Of a stretch of 64,000 nt of DNA, positions 23,400-36,007 are shown piece after piece. The number at the start of each line of letters is the position of its first letter. Position 1 is the first letter of the stretch. Source of the stretch: Mobula hypostoma (Eukaryota); assembly GCF_963921235.1 (NCBI RefSeq), contig NC_086097.1, forward strand, positions 155,808,001 through 155,872,000. The letters run 5' to 3'. A program made the translations under genes and the position numbers. The notes below the pieces were generated by a model, which saw only the letters and a program-made list of their open reading frames with translations, was not told the origin of the DNA and searched no databases.

Positions 23400-24960
23400 C
23401 AATCAGAATCAGGTTTAATATCGCCAGCACATGTTGTGAAATTGGAGTTTGCAGCAGCAGTACAATATAATACAGTTGTTTACAATATATATTAATGACT
23501 TGGATGAGGGAATTAAATGCAGCATCTCCAAGTTTGCGGATGACACGAAGCTGGGTGGCAGTGTTAGCAGTGAGGAGGATGCTAAGAGGATGCAGGGTGA
23601 CTTGGATAGGTTGGGTGAGTGGGCAAACTCATGGCAGATGCAATTTAATGTGGATAAATGTGAAGTTATCCACTTTGGTGGCAAAAATAGGAAAACAGAT
23701 TATTATCTGAATGGTGGCCGATTAGGAAAAGGGGAGGTGCAACGAGACCTGGGTGTCATTATACACCAGTCATTGAAAGTGGGCATGCAGGTACAGCAGG
23801 CGGTGAAAAAGGCGAACGGTATGCTGGCATTTATAGCGAGAGGATTCGAGTACAGGAGCAGGGAGGTACTACTGCAGTTGTACAAGGCCTTGGTGAGACC
23901 ACACCTGGAGTATTGTGTGCAGTTTTGGTCCCCTAATCTGAGGAAAGACATCCTTGCCATAGAGGGAGTACAAAGAAGGTTCACCAGATTGATTCCTGGG
24001 ATGGCAGGTCTTTCATATGAAGAAAGACTGGATGAACTGGGCTTGTACTCGTTGGAATTTAGAAGATTGAGGGGGGATCTGATTGAAACGTATAAGATCC
24101 TAAAGGGATTGGACAGGCTAGATGCGGGAAGATTGTTCCCGATGTTGGGGAGGTCTAGAACGAGGGGTCACAGTTTGAGGATAGAGGGGAAGCCTTTTAG
24201 GACCGAGGTTAGGAAAAACTTCTTCACACAGAGAGTGGTGAATCTGTGGAATTCTCTGCCACAGCAAACTGTTGAGGCCAGTTCATTAGCTATGTTTAAA
24301 AGGAAGTTAGATATGGCCCTTGTGGCTACAGGGGTCACGGGGTATGGAGGGAAGGCTGGGTTCTGAGTTGGATGATCAGCCATGATCATAATAAATGGCG
24401 GTGCAGGCTCGAAGGGCCGAATGGCCTACTCCTGCACCTATTTTCTATGTTTCTATGTTTCTATAATAGAAAAAAAAACTGAATTACAGTAAATATATAC
24501 ATTGTTAAACCAAATTAGTGCAAAAATAGAAATAAAAAAGTAGTGAGCTAGTGTTCATGGATTCAATGCCCATTCAGAATTTGAATGGCAGAGGGGAAGA
24601 AACTGTTCCTGAGTCGTTGAGTGTGTGCCTTCGCACTTCTGTACGTCCTTCCTGATGGTGGCAATGAGGATAAGGCATGATCTGGGTGATAATGGATGGC
24701 ACCTTTCTGAGGCATTGCTCTTTGATCATGGTCTGGATACTATGAAGGCTAGTGCTTATGATAGAGCTGACTAGGTTTACAACTCTCTGCAGCTTACTTC
24801 AATCCTGCACAGTAGCCCCCCTCCCCACGCTCCACCCCCCCAATATACCAGACAGTGACGCAGCCAGTTAAAATACTCTCCATGGTACATCTGTAGAAAT
24901 TTTTTAAGTACTTTTGGTCACATACCAAATCTTCTTAAACTCCTAAAGAAATATAGCTGC
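23400..24960 (-). mobile_element. Rex1/Babar 3' fragment hosting a young CR1
   Basis: AATCAGAATCAGG tail at 23400. The element resumes at 24469 with GGCAGAGGGGAAGAAACTGTTCCTGAG. Confidence 0.7.
23473..24461 (+). mobile_element. Young 5'-truncated CR1 LINE with an intact RT C-terminal frame
   Basis: Open to the stop at 24366 (SKFADDTKLGG, YKALVRPHLEYCVQFW, FFTQRVV). (TTTCTATG)n tail and 7-bp TSD TATAATA at 23466-23472 and 24462-24468. Confidence 0.95.
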
Positions 24961-26029
24961 AAAATTACAAAAGATAATTGCAGCCTGGGAATATTGCAAG
25001 GACCAAGCCGAATTGATCACAATCATGCCCTGAGTCACGTGATTCAGAATTTAGTCTACCCTTCCAAATTTCCCTGCCAGTTCCTTACTCTGAAAGAAAA
25101 GGAATGAGCTTGGCTTTATATAGCATCTGTTACTGCCAATATTGCAATGCAGAAAATAATCTTTGAATTAATAATCTTGTGTCATATTAAATGAATTGTG
25201 TGGATTTTCAGTAGTTACTTTAATCACATAATGTCTGCTTCACATAATTACATTTCTGATTTTGCTTCAGTTTAATTAAGTTTTAACTTTGTCACTAACT
25301 CATGATGCAAGATGAAAGAAAAATTCTCAGTATCCAAGTGCTCTACATTCTGGAGAATTATAGAGGATTTGCACAAACTCACTCTTTTCTCCCTCATTCC
25401 ACCCCTCGAAAACAGAGAAGACCTTTTTCCTCTAACCTAGCTGTCATCAATAATTTTCTAATTACAGCTTGATTTTCATTAGTTTTAAGCAAGACATCCC
25501 AAAAGCACACCCACAAGAGCTTACTTCCACCAATAAAACCCCATATCAGCACTAAATTCCGATCATGCAGAATTTATTTTCGATTCATGCTGTTTTAAGA
25601 ATTTGTTACTTTATTTACAAAATGTTCTTGTGGATGTCTATTCAATTTCTTTAGTTTGTGGAATGTGCAAGTCAGTGAGGTAACTGGAATGCCTGCAAAT
25701 TTTACCAACTGACGTTGAACGTGCCTGTGTGTTGCTATTATCTACTGTATTTAATTATATTTCCCTGTATAAGGGCACATAAATAGCCATGTAGATCTCT
25801 TAAAAAAAAGTCATGTAACTTATAACATGAGGGGATACATCTGAACCCCTCTTCCTTTATCACACTGTTAACTGACATTGAACCTTGAGGAAAGAAGACG
25901 GGAAAAAACATGGAAATGTGCTATCTCTTCTGGATTTCCACCAGATGGCTTTTAAATCCCAAGATACATACTTATTTTCAATTAGGAGTTTTCTAGAATG
26001 TTGAATACTTTGTCATAGTCTCTGACTTG

Positions 26030-26845
26030 CCATCTGTTGGCCTTTGTTAGTCAGGGGACTGAGCTCAGGAGCTGTGAGGTAATTTTACAGCTCTGTAAAG
26101 CTCTGGGTTGACCACTCTTGGAGTGCTGTGTTAAGTTCTGGCTGCCTCATTATGAAAAAGATGTGGAAGCTTTAAAGAGAGTGTGGAGGAGATTTACCAG
26201 GATGCTGATATGTAAAGCCAGGTGGGTGGGATAGATAAAGGACTGGAGAAGAAGGAATCTGATAGGAGAGGAGAGTGGAACAGAGGAGAAAGGGAAGGAG
26301 GAGGGGACCAAGGCAGAAGTAAAAGGCATGTAAGAAGAGGTAAAAGGTCAGAGTGGGGAATAGGGGAGAGGGGGTGGAATTTGTTTGCCAGAAGTAGAAA
26401 TCAACATTTAGGCCATCAGGTTGGAGACTACCCAGATGGAATATAAGAGTTTGACCCTGAGGGTGGCTTCATCTTGGAACAAGAAGATATAATAATAAAG
26501 GGCAGAAATAGAGTGAACTGCTAGAGCCTTTTCTCAAAGGTGGCAATAGCTAATATGAGAGGACATACTTTTGAGGTGATTGAAGGGAAATATATGGGGG
26601 ATGTCAGAGGTGCAATTTTTTTTTACACAGTGTAAAGTGGAACACACTGCCATGAGTGATGATAAAAGCAGATGGACATTTAAAAGATTCTGACTGGCAT
26701 ATGGATGAAAGGAAAATGGAAGCTTATTTGGCGGGGGGGGGGGGGGAGGATTTAGATTGATTTTGGAGTCGATTAAAGGGTCCGCATAACATTGCAGGCT
26801 AAAGGGCCTGTACTGAGCATTACTATTCTTGTTTTATGTTCTAAT
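26030..26845 (+). mobile_element. CR1 3' fragment containing an antisense Penelope fragment (about 26210-26490)
   Basis: CR1 motifs flank GCCATCAGGTTGGAGACTACCC...GGGTGGCTTCATC, the reverse complement of the PLE GSLQPDG region. Confidence 0.7.
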
Positions 26846-27324
26846 ATCTTAGACTTCTGTACATGGACTTTATATGCTTGATATTGACATGACATATCCA
26901 AAGTGTTTAATTGAGTTGCACTAACATACACTAAATTTTACATAATATAAAAATCAGAAAGAAAACAGGGATTGATAGAGAATGTGTGGCAACTCAAGTC
27001 TAATTTCTCCAGTCAAGAAAATTACACTTGCATGAGGTAAATACCTGGGGAAAAAAAAGTGAGATCCTTTAGTTTTGCTCTACACCACTTTTATCTTGCT
27101 TAAGTATTTTAAACTGCAGTGTCAGATTCCACTGCCAGATCCATGTAAGGCTATCGTTGGCCTTGTATAAGTTGTCATTGAATTTTCACATTTTTTTAAG
27201 CAATTGAACCAGGAACAAACAGCAAAAATGTTTTCTGAAATCAGGTCTTGCTGAGGACAAATATTACCATTGCCAATGTGAGTAGATGGAACCTGAATTT
27301 ATTGTTGTGTTCTCGTTTACTTTA

Positions 27325-27665
27325 TAATAGAAATACATAAAATCATGAGACCCATGGGTGGGAGAGATAGCCAGAGTCTTGTTTCCCAGAATGGAAACAC
27401 TAAATACCAGATGGTATAGCTTTAAGGTGAGACGGGGAAGTTTAAAGGAGATTTCTGAAACAACATTGTGCTTCTAGGGGAGGTGGTGGAAGCAGATACA
27501 GTTATCATGCTTAAGAGACATTTAGCTAGGCAAAGCACTGGCAGAGGAATGGAAGGATTTCAACCATGTGTTGCAGATGGGATTAATTTAAACTAGTATA
27601 ATGGTGGGCACAGATATTGTGCACCAAGGGGTCTGCTTCTGTGCTGTACAGTTCTATGTTCTATT
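27325..27665 (+). mobile_element. CR1 3' fragment
   Basis: TTTAAGGTGAGA...GGTGGTGGAAGCAG...GTTCTATGTTCTA tail. Confidence 0.65.
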
Positions 27666-29120
27666 GAGATAAGCAGTTTTGTATACCAAAGTCAGGAATT
27701 GTATACTCTGCAATAGTTTCAACATTGTTTTTTTGTAAAATATTCTTTGTGTAAAATGTGGTTAATCAATACTGGTTATTCAACATGACCCAGTGGAGAT
27801 GGAATGATAGAATGCAGCAGATATAAGCCTAGAAATTAACCTTTTATTTATTTTTGGTGAATGAAACCTGCATGTACATAGTGATACTATAGGCTGAGCA
27901 TTGATACTGGGGCGGGGGGAGGCAAACATACAAGAAAGAATTGTGCATGAAAGTGCTTGATGCAATTTTGTAAAAAACTTAATATAACATACTCTATTCT
28001 AAGTAAAAAAAAAATCAATCTGATTTCAGTACTATATTCTATTACATTTCTGGTTAAAATGTAAACTAAACATCTTTGACCTTGATTTTATTGCAATGAT
28101 AGCTAACGGTTGTCAAGAAAGATGAACGGTTTTTAATTAGTCAAACCACCTTATTATCAATCTGTTCAAGGCATCGCTTCATGCTTATCAATTATCTACA
28201 TGCAAATGAATGGCTATTTTGTAAAAGAATGAATGATTGATGGGATCTGCAATGTAGATGTAGTTCTCCTTTAGTATTTCATTCAGCTTTCATTGGTTTA
28301 TAATTTTCATGCACATAAGGAGAGGATTTCAAATGGGACCTTTTAAAATTATGGTAAAGAAAAGGATGTACCTAGTTCAACATTTTCTGAAATAATGAGT
28401 CCACCCTTTTTGGAAATCATCGTACTTTCTTAAAGATGGTTCCCTATGTTTCTAGGAAAATGTTGCTATTTAAAGGTTTAGAGGATAATATACTATATCT
28501 ATTAACATTACTCATTGAAATACAGTGGATTCCACTTATTGGGCCATCAGTTAATCGGGGCAACTCATAAAGAACAAAAACTAATCAAGAAAATAGCTGG
28601 GATTCCTTTCCTTAGATCTGAAATATTGGTAGTTTGGGTTGGCTATTTGGAAGTTTGGTTGATTGCCGAGCTTAGCAAAATGTTTGCAAGTATTTTGCTA
28701 AGCTTGCCGATCAACCAAACATTCAGGATTAACTTTCCTTTATTTGGGACACTATGCTACTTAACTGGAGGAGGAGACTGTTGCTGAAGAGTTTCTAACT
28801 GGAGTCAATCGCATGCACTTGTTTGGACGTTAGATATTACACCATGCTTAGAGTAAACTGTTTTTAAATAGCATCAGTTGCATATGTTTCTGTTTAAAAA
28901 GCAGTGAATTTTGTCACTGATAGTTGGCAAGAAATAAGCAGTAAGACAATTCAGAACAGTTTTGCTCTCTGCGGTTTCAAGCATTGAGGCTTCGATGTGC
29001 CAGAAATAACTGGGAGTGAAAATGAAATGATTTCACTACTTCAGCAAGTTAGGAACTGCGAAGAATTTGAAGGTATTGACAATCATCATGATTGTTACAA
29101 TGAAAATGAAGATTTGGAGG

Positions 29121-29997
29121 TGTTACGTAACTGGCAACAATGAATATCAATTGAGACAGGTTATATAAAAACAACCAAACATTTATTAAGCACGGATAAA
29201 CGATAAAAAAAACAAAACCCTTAACCGGAAATTAACCGTTATGCAGCCGTTTAACAAATCGTCACTCGGCACTGGTTCTTAAAGCGTTAAATGGGAAAAC
29301 GGTTCTTAAAGCGATAAAGTCAGATATAGTTCTTAAAATGGTAAATTCGAAAGTCCAACAGATTTATATGTTCAATTGGGAGAGACTTCTCTGGAGAAGG
29401 ATTTCTTTATAGACGCGACTTTCCTGCTGGTTCTGTCCAAAGGATTCACGATGCAGTAAATAAACAGTTTAAAACAACTGACCTTAAATTCTAGAGAGAG
29501 CAAACCTTTGCATGAACTCTTTACTTTTGGCAAGAGTTATCTCTCGATGCAGGTTGCTACTCCTTCAACGAAAACTCAATAAGGTCGATCCTTTGTTAAA
29601 TTGCCGAACGATGCTGTCTCCTCTCAATCCTTCAGTCCTGTACTTTGATAAAGTCTTCACTCTCCCTTCTACTACTGGAATAAAGTACATCAGCACATCG
29701 AGCAAAAATTTTCAGTCCAGAAATATTGTACCTTGCAACAGAATGCACAACCGTTTCAAAAATGAAACTGCTTCACAAAAACAAACACGCAACAGAAACG
29801 GAGACACAGCACATTCTACCTGGAAATCAAAAAACTAAAAAATAACTGCGTCATCTGGGGTCTACCCTTATGTACCTGTGGGGCACATGCCATCATGTGA
29901 CCTCACTTCGGCAGGAAAATTACATCAGGTGACCTCCAAAAGACCATTACATCATTCTCACAAAAAAAAATCACAGGTCTCCTTGAGGTATGTAGCA
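29121..29997 (-). mobile_element. Solo LTR (877 bp), Gypsy-like or ERV
   Basis: Termini TGTTAC...GTAGCA, 4-bp TSD GAGG and AATAAA on the minus strand. Homologous to 61228-62114. Confidence 0.85.
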
Positions 29998-30311
29998 GAG
30001 GATACAATCATTGAAAGCATTGTATCAAGGCAGTCCATTATCTGTACTCATTGTCTATGCTGGTTTTGTTCATTTACAGTCAATCAAAAGCAAACAGCTG
30101 TGTACACTGCATGAAATCCTCCATTTATAACTATTAGGAATTAACAGCTTTACCATACTGCAGTAGTGTTGGTGGTGTTCTAATTTGTTCTTTATTTCAT
30201 TTAAATAAATAAGTTGTCACTCTGTTTAAACAGTATTTGTCCATTTTATACTTTGTTAACAATTTCATGAAACTTCGGCTAATTCAGGCAGATGCTTTAT
30301 TGGGACACAAA

Positions 30312-30591
30312 TTATTTATTTATTTATTGAGCTACAGTGTGAAATAGGCCCTTCTGGCCCTTCGAACCATGTTGGCCAGAAACGCCTGATTTAACCCAAG
30401 CCTAATCATGGGACAATTTATAATGACCAATTAACCTACCAACTGGTATGTCTTTGGACTGTAAGAGGGTACTGAAGTACCAGAAGGAAACCCACAGGTA
30501 TGTACAGACTTACAGGCAGCAGTGGGAATTGAACCTGGGTCACTTGCACTGTAAAACGTTGTGATAACCACTACACTACTGTGCTGCCCCC
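30312..30591 (-). mobile_element. HE1/V-SINE-like tRNA SINE, near full length
   Basis: Minus strand has A box TAGTGTAGTGG, B box GGTTCAATTCC, a V-domain, a CR1-like 3' part and an (AAAT)n tail. Confidence 0.8.
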
Positions 30592-31184
30592 TAGTCCAGC
30601 TGTATCCCAATTAATTGGAATACATTGTAATTTCTTATTCTAATCTTAATAGAGACTAAGCTTTCCTTCACTAAAATATTTCTGCTGAGAATAACAAAAA
30701 CAACTGTTTCATAAGAATGCCTGTTATTTATAATCGTAATTCATGGAACACAATGTTTCCAGAAATAGAAAGAAAGAATATTTCCGAGCATTTAGTGCCA
30801 AACATTTTCTTAACCAATGAAGCCAATTGGCTTCTTAACAAGATAAGAACTTATCATATTACAGGAAAGATACTAGCATGGATAGAAGGGTGGCTAACTG
30901 GCAGAAGGCAAACTGTGGGAATACAGGGGACATATTCTCGTTAGCTGCCAATGACTGATGAGTTTTGGAGGGGTTGCAATTGGGACTATTTCTTTTCACA
31001 TTAAATGCCAATGATTTGGATTATGGAATTGATGGCTTTGAGGCCAGGTTTGCAGACTACATAAAGATAGGTGGAGAGGCAGGTAGTATTGAGGATGCAG
31101 AGAATCTGCAGAAGGGCTTAGATTGATTGGGAGAATATGCAAAGAAGTGGCAGATGGAAGATAGTCTAGGGAAATGTATGGTCA

Positions 31185-31867
31185 CCTCCGCTCCGTCCGC
31201 CAAAACTCCTCTACATCAGTGAAACCTGACTCAGATTGGGGGACCGCTTCCTCGAGCACCTCTGCTCCGTCCGCCAATACAGACAGGATCTCCCAGTAGC
31301 CACCCACTTCAACTCTGCTTCCCGTTCCCATTCAGATATGTCCATACATGGCCTCCTCTACTGCCATGATGAGGCTAAACTCAGGCTGGAGGAGCAATAC
31401 CTCATATACCATCTAGGTAGTCTCCAGCCCCTTGGTATGAACATAGAATTCTCCAAATTCCGATAATTCCCTCCCCCTCCCTTCCCCTATCCCTATGTCA
31501 CTCTGCCCCCTCCCCCAGATGCCTACCACCTCCCTCATGGTCCTGCCTCCTTCTACTACCCATTGTGTTTTCCCCTATTCCTTCTTCACCTTTCCTGCCT
31601 ATCTCCTCCCTGCCTCCCCTCTCCCACCCCCCCCTTTATCTTTCCCCTTACTGGTTTTTCACCTGGAACCTACCATCCTTCTCCTTCCCACCCTCCCCCC
31701 ACCTTCTTTATAGGGCCTCTGCCCCTTCCCTCTTCAGTCCTGACGAAGGGTTCCGGCCCAAAACATTGACTAACCATTTCCACGGATGCTGCCCGACCTG
31801 CTGAGTTCCTCCAGTGTGTTGTGGGTGTTGCTTTGACCCCAGCATCTGCAAATTATTTTGTGTTGAC
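31185..31867 (+). mobile_element. Penelope-like 3' fragment (GIY-YIG end plus terminal region)
   Basis: GDRFLEHLCSVRQ...VATHFNS...GMNIEFSKFR*. 14-bp TSD GAAATGTATGGTCA at 31171-31184 and 31868-31881. Mutated hammerhead at 31736-31771. Confidence 0.9.
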
Positions 31868-32039
31868 GAAATGTATGGTCATGCGCTTTGGTGGAAGGAA
31901 TAAAATCTACACAGGGAGAAAACTCAAAATATCTGAGGTGCAAAGGCACTTGGGATTCCTTGTGCAGGACTCCCTAAAGATTACGTTGCAGATTGAGTCA
32001 GTAGTGAGGAAGGCAAATGTAATTTTACTATCAATTATT

Positions 32040-32795
32040 ATTTCAGAGGACCTGTCCTGGGCCTAACACATAAGTGCAAACTTGAAAAAAAGCATGGCAG
32101 GGCCTCTATTTCCTGTTTGTGAAGATTCAGCATGACATCTAAAATGCTGACAAACTTCTATAAATGTGTACTTGAGAGTATATTAACTGGTTACATCACA
32201 GCCTGGTATGGAAATACCAATGTCTTTGAATGGAAAATCCTCCAAAAAGTAATGGATATGGCCCAATCCACGATGGGTAAAGCCCTCCCCACCACAGAGC
32301 ACATCTACATGAATTGTTGTGGGAAGAAAGCAGCATCCATCATTAGGGACACCCCACCAGCCAGGTCATGCTCTCTTCTCACCACTGCCATCAGGAAGAA
32401 GGTAGAGGAGCCTCAGAACTCACACCACCAGGTTCAGGAACAGATATTATCCTTCAACCATCTAGCTCTTGAACGAAGGAGCGTAAATTCACTCAACTTC
32501 ACTTGCCCCATCATTGAAAAGTTCGCTCAACCCGAGGACTGACTTTAAAGGACTCTATATCTCATGTTCTCGATATTTATTGCTTATTTATTTATTATTA
32601 TTATGTTCTTTTTGTATTTACACAGTTGTTGTCTTGCACATTAGTTGAACAAAAGACAAATGGTCTTTCATTGATTCTATTATGGTTATTATTCTATTCT
32701 GGATTTATTCTCCACAAGAAAATGAATCTCAGGGTTGTATATGGTGACATACATCTACTTTGATAATAAATTTACTTTGAATTTTGAAATTTGAA
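32040..32795 (+). mobile_element. Rex1/Babar 3' fragment
   Basis: NFYKCVLESILTGYITAWYGN and an AATAAATTTACTTTGAA tail. Confidence 0.8.
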
Positions 32796-33246
32796 TTTCA
32801 CGAAGACTAGAATATAAGAGCAAAGATGTGATGCTGAGGCTTTATAAAGCATTGGTCAGACCACACTTGAAATTATTGTGAAGAGTTGCGGGCCCCTTAT
32901 TTAAGAAAAGATGTGCTAGCAGTGGGGAGGGTCCAGGGAACAGAGATGAGGAGGAAATTCGTTAGCCAGAGGGTAGTGAATCTGTGGAAATCATTACCAT
33001 GGATGGTTGTGGAGGCTAAGTCATTGAGTATATTTAAAGCTGAGGCTGATAAGTTCTTGATTAGTCAGGCCACCAAAGGTTATGGGGTGAGGGCAGGAGA
33101 ATGGGGCTGAGAGGGATAATAAATCAGCCATGATAGAATGGTGCAGCAAACTCGATGGGACAAGTGGCCTAATTGTGTTCTAACTGCAGGTGCGACTGAT
33201 CTCATGATACTGGAAACAAAGTGAATTAGCTCAGAAAAAGATATCC

Positions 33247-33430
33247 AAACATGAGGAAATCTGCAGATGCTGGAATTTCAAGCAACACACATAAAAGTTG
33301 CTGGGGAACGCAGCAGGCCAGGCAGCATCTATTGGAAGAGATACAGTTGATGTCAGGACAAAGGGTCTCTGCCTGAAACGTCAACTGTACCTCTTCCAAT
33401 AGATGTTGCCTAACCTGCTGCGTTCACCAG
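33247..33430. mobile_element. Miniature inverted Penelope-terminus insertion
   Basis: An antisense arm with full tail (33247-33356) is fused inside the hammerhead to a sense arm (33357-33430). Degenerate TSD CAGAAAAA(G/A)AT. Confidence 0.8.
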
Positions 33431-33604
33431 AAAAAAATGTATTGGAATAGCAGAGGAAATTTACTGTGTCAATGCCACTAAATACAAGGGATCCACTCTA
33501 GAAAAGTGCAGTGACTAAAATGCATTACATATAATTTATTTATTTCCAGAGTTACATATAGCAATGCTGTGATCAAGCTTGATTGACAACAGTATGACCC
33601 AATT

Positions 33605-33870
33605 ACACACTCAACGATTCAGGAACAGCTTCTTCCCTCTGCCATCCGATTCCTAAATGGACATTGAATCTTTGGACACTACCTTATTTTTTTTAAAAAA
33701 ACAGTATTTCTGTTTTTGCACTTTTTAAACTATTCAATATACATAATTGATTTACTTGTTTGTTTATTATTATTAGTTTTTTCTCAGCTAGATTATCTAT
33801 TGCATTGAACTGCTGCTGCTAAGTTAACAAATTTCATGTCAGATGCTGGTGGTAATAAACCTGATTCTGA
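33605..33870 (+). mobile_element. Rex1/Babar 3' end
   Basis: CGATTCAGGAACAGCTTC...AATAAACCTGATTCTGA. Confidence 0.7.
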
Positions 33871-34015
33871 TATCTCCAGCTGGTTATATTAAATTATTTT
33901 TTTTAGATATTTAATGCCTTACCACTTAGACATCCACTATACGATGTTATCTTTCTCTCTTTCTTTCTCTTTACAGGGTTAGATACAATGGGTCAAGTTA
34001 AATGTGAAATTAGGT

Positions 34016-34094
34016 CAGGGGTTGTCAACTCGGGTCTACAGAACTTTTGTTTTATCGTATTGGTCCATGGCATAAAATAGTTTGTGAACCCCTG
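34016..34094. mobile_element. Tiny hAT-type MITE
   Basis: CAGGGGTT...AACCCCTG termini and a 6/8 TSD match (AATTAGGT/ATATAGGT). Same family as 49760-49838, in opposite orientation. Confidence 0.65.
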
Positions 34095-36007
34095 ATATAG
34101 GTTAAATGAGTGCTCAAAGATCTGCCACATGGAACATGATGTGGGAAAATTTTTTTTCCGCTTTGGCAAAAAATAAATGAAAACTGTATTGTCAAAGTGT
34201 GGGACATTGCAAAATTCTGAATGCTGAGTGATCTGGTAGTTCCAAAGCACAAAAAGTTTATCTTTGTACAGATAAGAAAACTACTATTTTAATTGTCACT
34301 GTCAAGGGGCAATATTCATTTATTATTTAGGTATTGCCTCCATTTGCTCAAACTTTCAGTTTGAGAGTGTAGCCCTAGGTCATTGTACAAGTCCCCACAC
34401 CAGGCTCGTATGCAAACTTGGCTTCTTAGCCAGCTCTGTTAATGCCCGTGGGACTCAGTGGCGAGAAGGCCACCTTTCATAAACAATGTATGGCTACGGT
34501 CAGCATGATTTGGGGTTCAACTAAACAGAAACATTGTGATGTTCCGATTAAAGAAACCTTGATTTTAGCCAGTGCAGCATAAATACTGCCCATGCACAAT
34601 TATCGGTCAGCAAACAATAACAATTCGTACGCAGCAAAAAGTTATAAATCAAGTATATTTACAAATGTCAGCCTTATCAAACAGTGAGTTGGAAAGAGAA
34701 AGGAAAAAAAAGTAAAGGGACCCACTATAGTTAAACCAGTGTAAATCGCACATAACATTGGAGTTCATCCTGGAGTTGTTTTTTTTACCTGAGCACTGGA
34801 CCCACAGTCTGTGTGAAAGCACACCCCACATTTCGAACTTTGCTGGAAATCCATCTCAAACAAACTGGCTCTCTGTTAGGATTATTGGCCCTTCCTCCTT
34901 GGAGTTGTTCAGCTGCCCAGAGCACTTTGTGGAACGGGGCACTCCATCCCATGGCATTCTCAGTCATCTTCCCTCCTGCCCTCTCTGCAGCCCCCTCCCC
35001 AAAAAAACCCCACAAACTGCACTGTCCTTCACCAAAACTCTTTAGCACTTCCTCCTGATTCCACCATCCTGGCTGGCTGTCACAACATTCCTAAGTGGAA
35101 CAACAGGGCTTTTATCTCGAGCTGAACCAAACATTCCACCAGCAGGACACATTGCTTTTGCAGAAAGCTGCTGAAATGAAATATCTATAGCATAGCAATA
35201 TAAGCATTAGCCAAGATATTACAAGAGTTTAGTTAATAGCCCTGTTGGCTTAGCATTTACTGTTTTCTTTTCCTTTTAAATTCCGCACCAGTTCTCATTA
35301 AAGTCAGTGAACTGCTGACCACACCCCCCCATCCCCACCTCCCCACCCCCACCCCACCTCAGCCATATCCGAAAGTTTTGACAATAGAATTAATTCCGCA
35401 TGGAAACAGGCCATTATGCAGCCCGCATAGTGACGCTTAACCATCAAAGTAAAATTCTCCAGGGTATGACTGCTTTATTAAGGGAGTCAGAGAAGCTCAC
35501 AATTGATCAAAACAATTCAGCTTGATGAAAAGTTTATAATATTTATTGAGAATAAAAATTAAGAATGGTAACTAACAGAATGATGATGAAGGCCTTATAA
35601 AATGAATTAAACCAATTACACTAGAAACTTCCGAGTCTACAGCAAATCTTGGAAACCTTTCCATTTGCGGACAACAGAGTTAAGTGTTTTTTTGGGACTC
35701 ATGACATCTTTGAAGTAGGAGGGTGCAAAATGTTATGATTTTGTTCACAAAAGGTAATAGGGATAATCCTGGGAATTATAGACTTGTATCAGTGGTGGGC
35801 AAACTATTGGAGAGAATTCTTTGAGAAATGGGTTTTATGAGGCTTTGGAGAAGCACAGTCTGATTAGGGATAGTCAGAATGGCTTTGTGAGGGGCAAGTC
35901 TATCAAATTCAATACTTAGGTGCAACTATTGATACAATTATTGAATTAATTTGATTGAATTCTTTGAGGTAGTGACAAAATAATTCGATGAATTTAGAGC
36001 AATAGAT

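Larger units (their letters stand above)
28523..30627. mobile_element. Tigger/pogo-like non-autonomous DNA transposon with nested insertions
   Basis: TA-CAGTGGATTCCACTTATTGGG ... CCCAATTAATTGGAATACATTG-TA gives degenerate TIRs and a TA TSD. Confidence 0.7.
30820..33180 (+). mobile_element. CR1 remnant with nested PLE and Rex1
   Basis: ILAWIEGWLTGRRQ, KCMVMRFG and FVSQRVVNLW segments interrupted by insertions. Confidence 0.8.

Noticed and set aside
23449..24366. 305-aa host gene
   Set aside because: It is a truncated CR1 RT with tail and TSD. The listed start lies in flanking repeat sequence.
31736..31771. Active hammerhead
   Set aside because: The core GAAA is mutated to AAAA and the ACGU palindrome is lost, so it is probably inactive.
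33950..34015. Plus-strand splice acceptor (polypyrimidine tract plus TTACAG)
   Set aside because: No convincing donor or ORF follows, and the tract may be a CT microsatellite.
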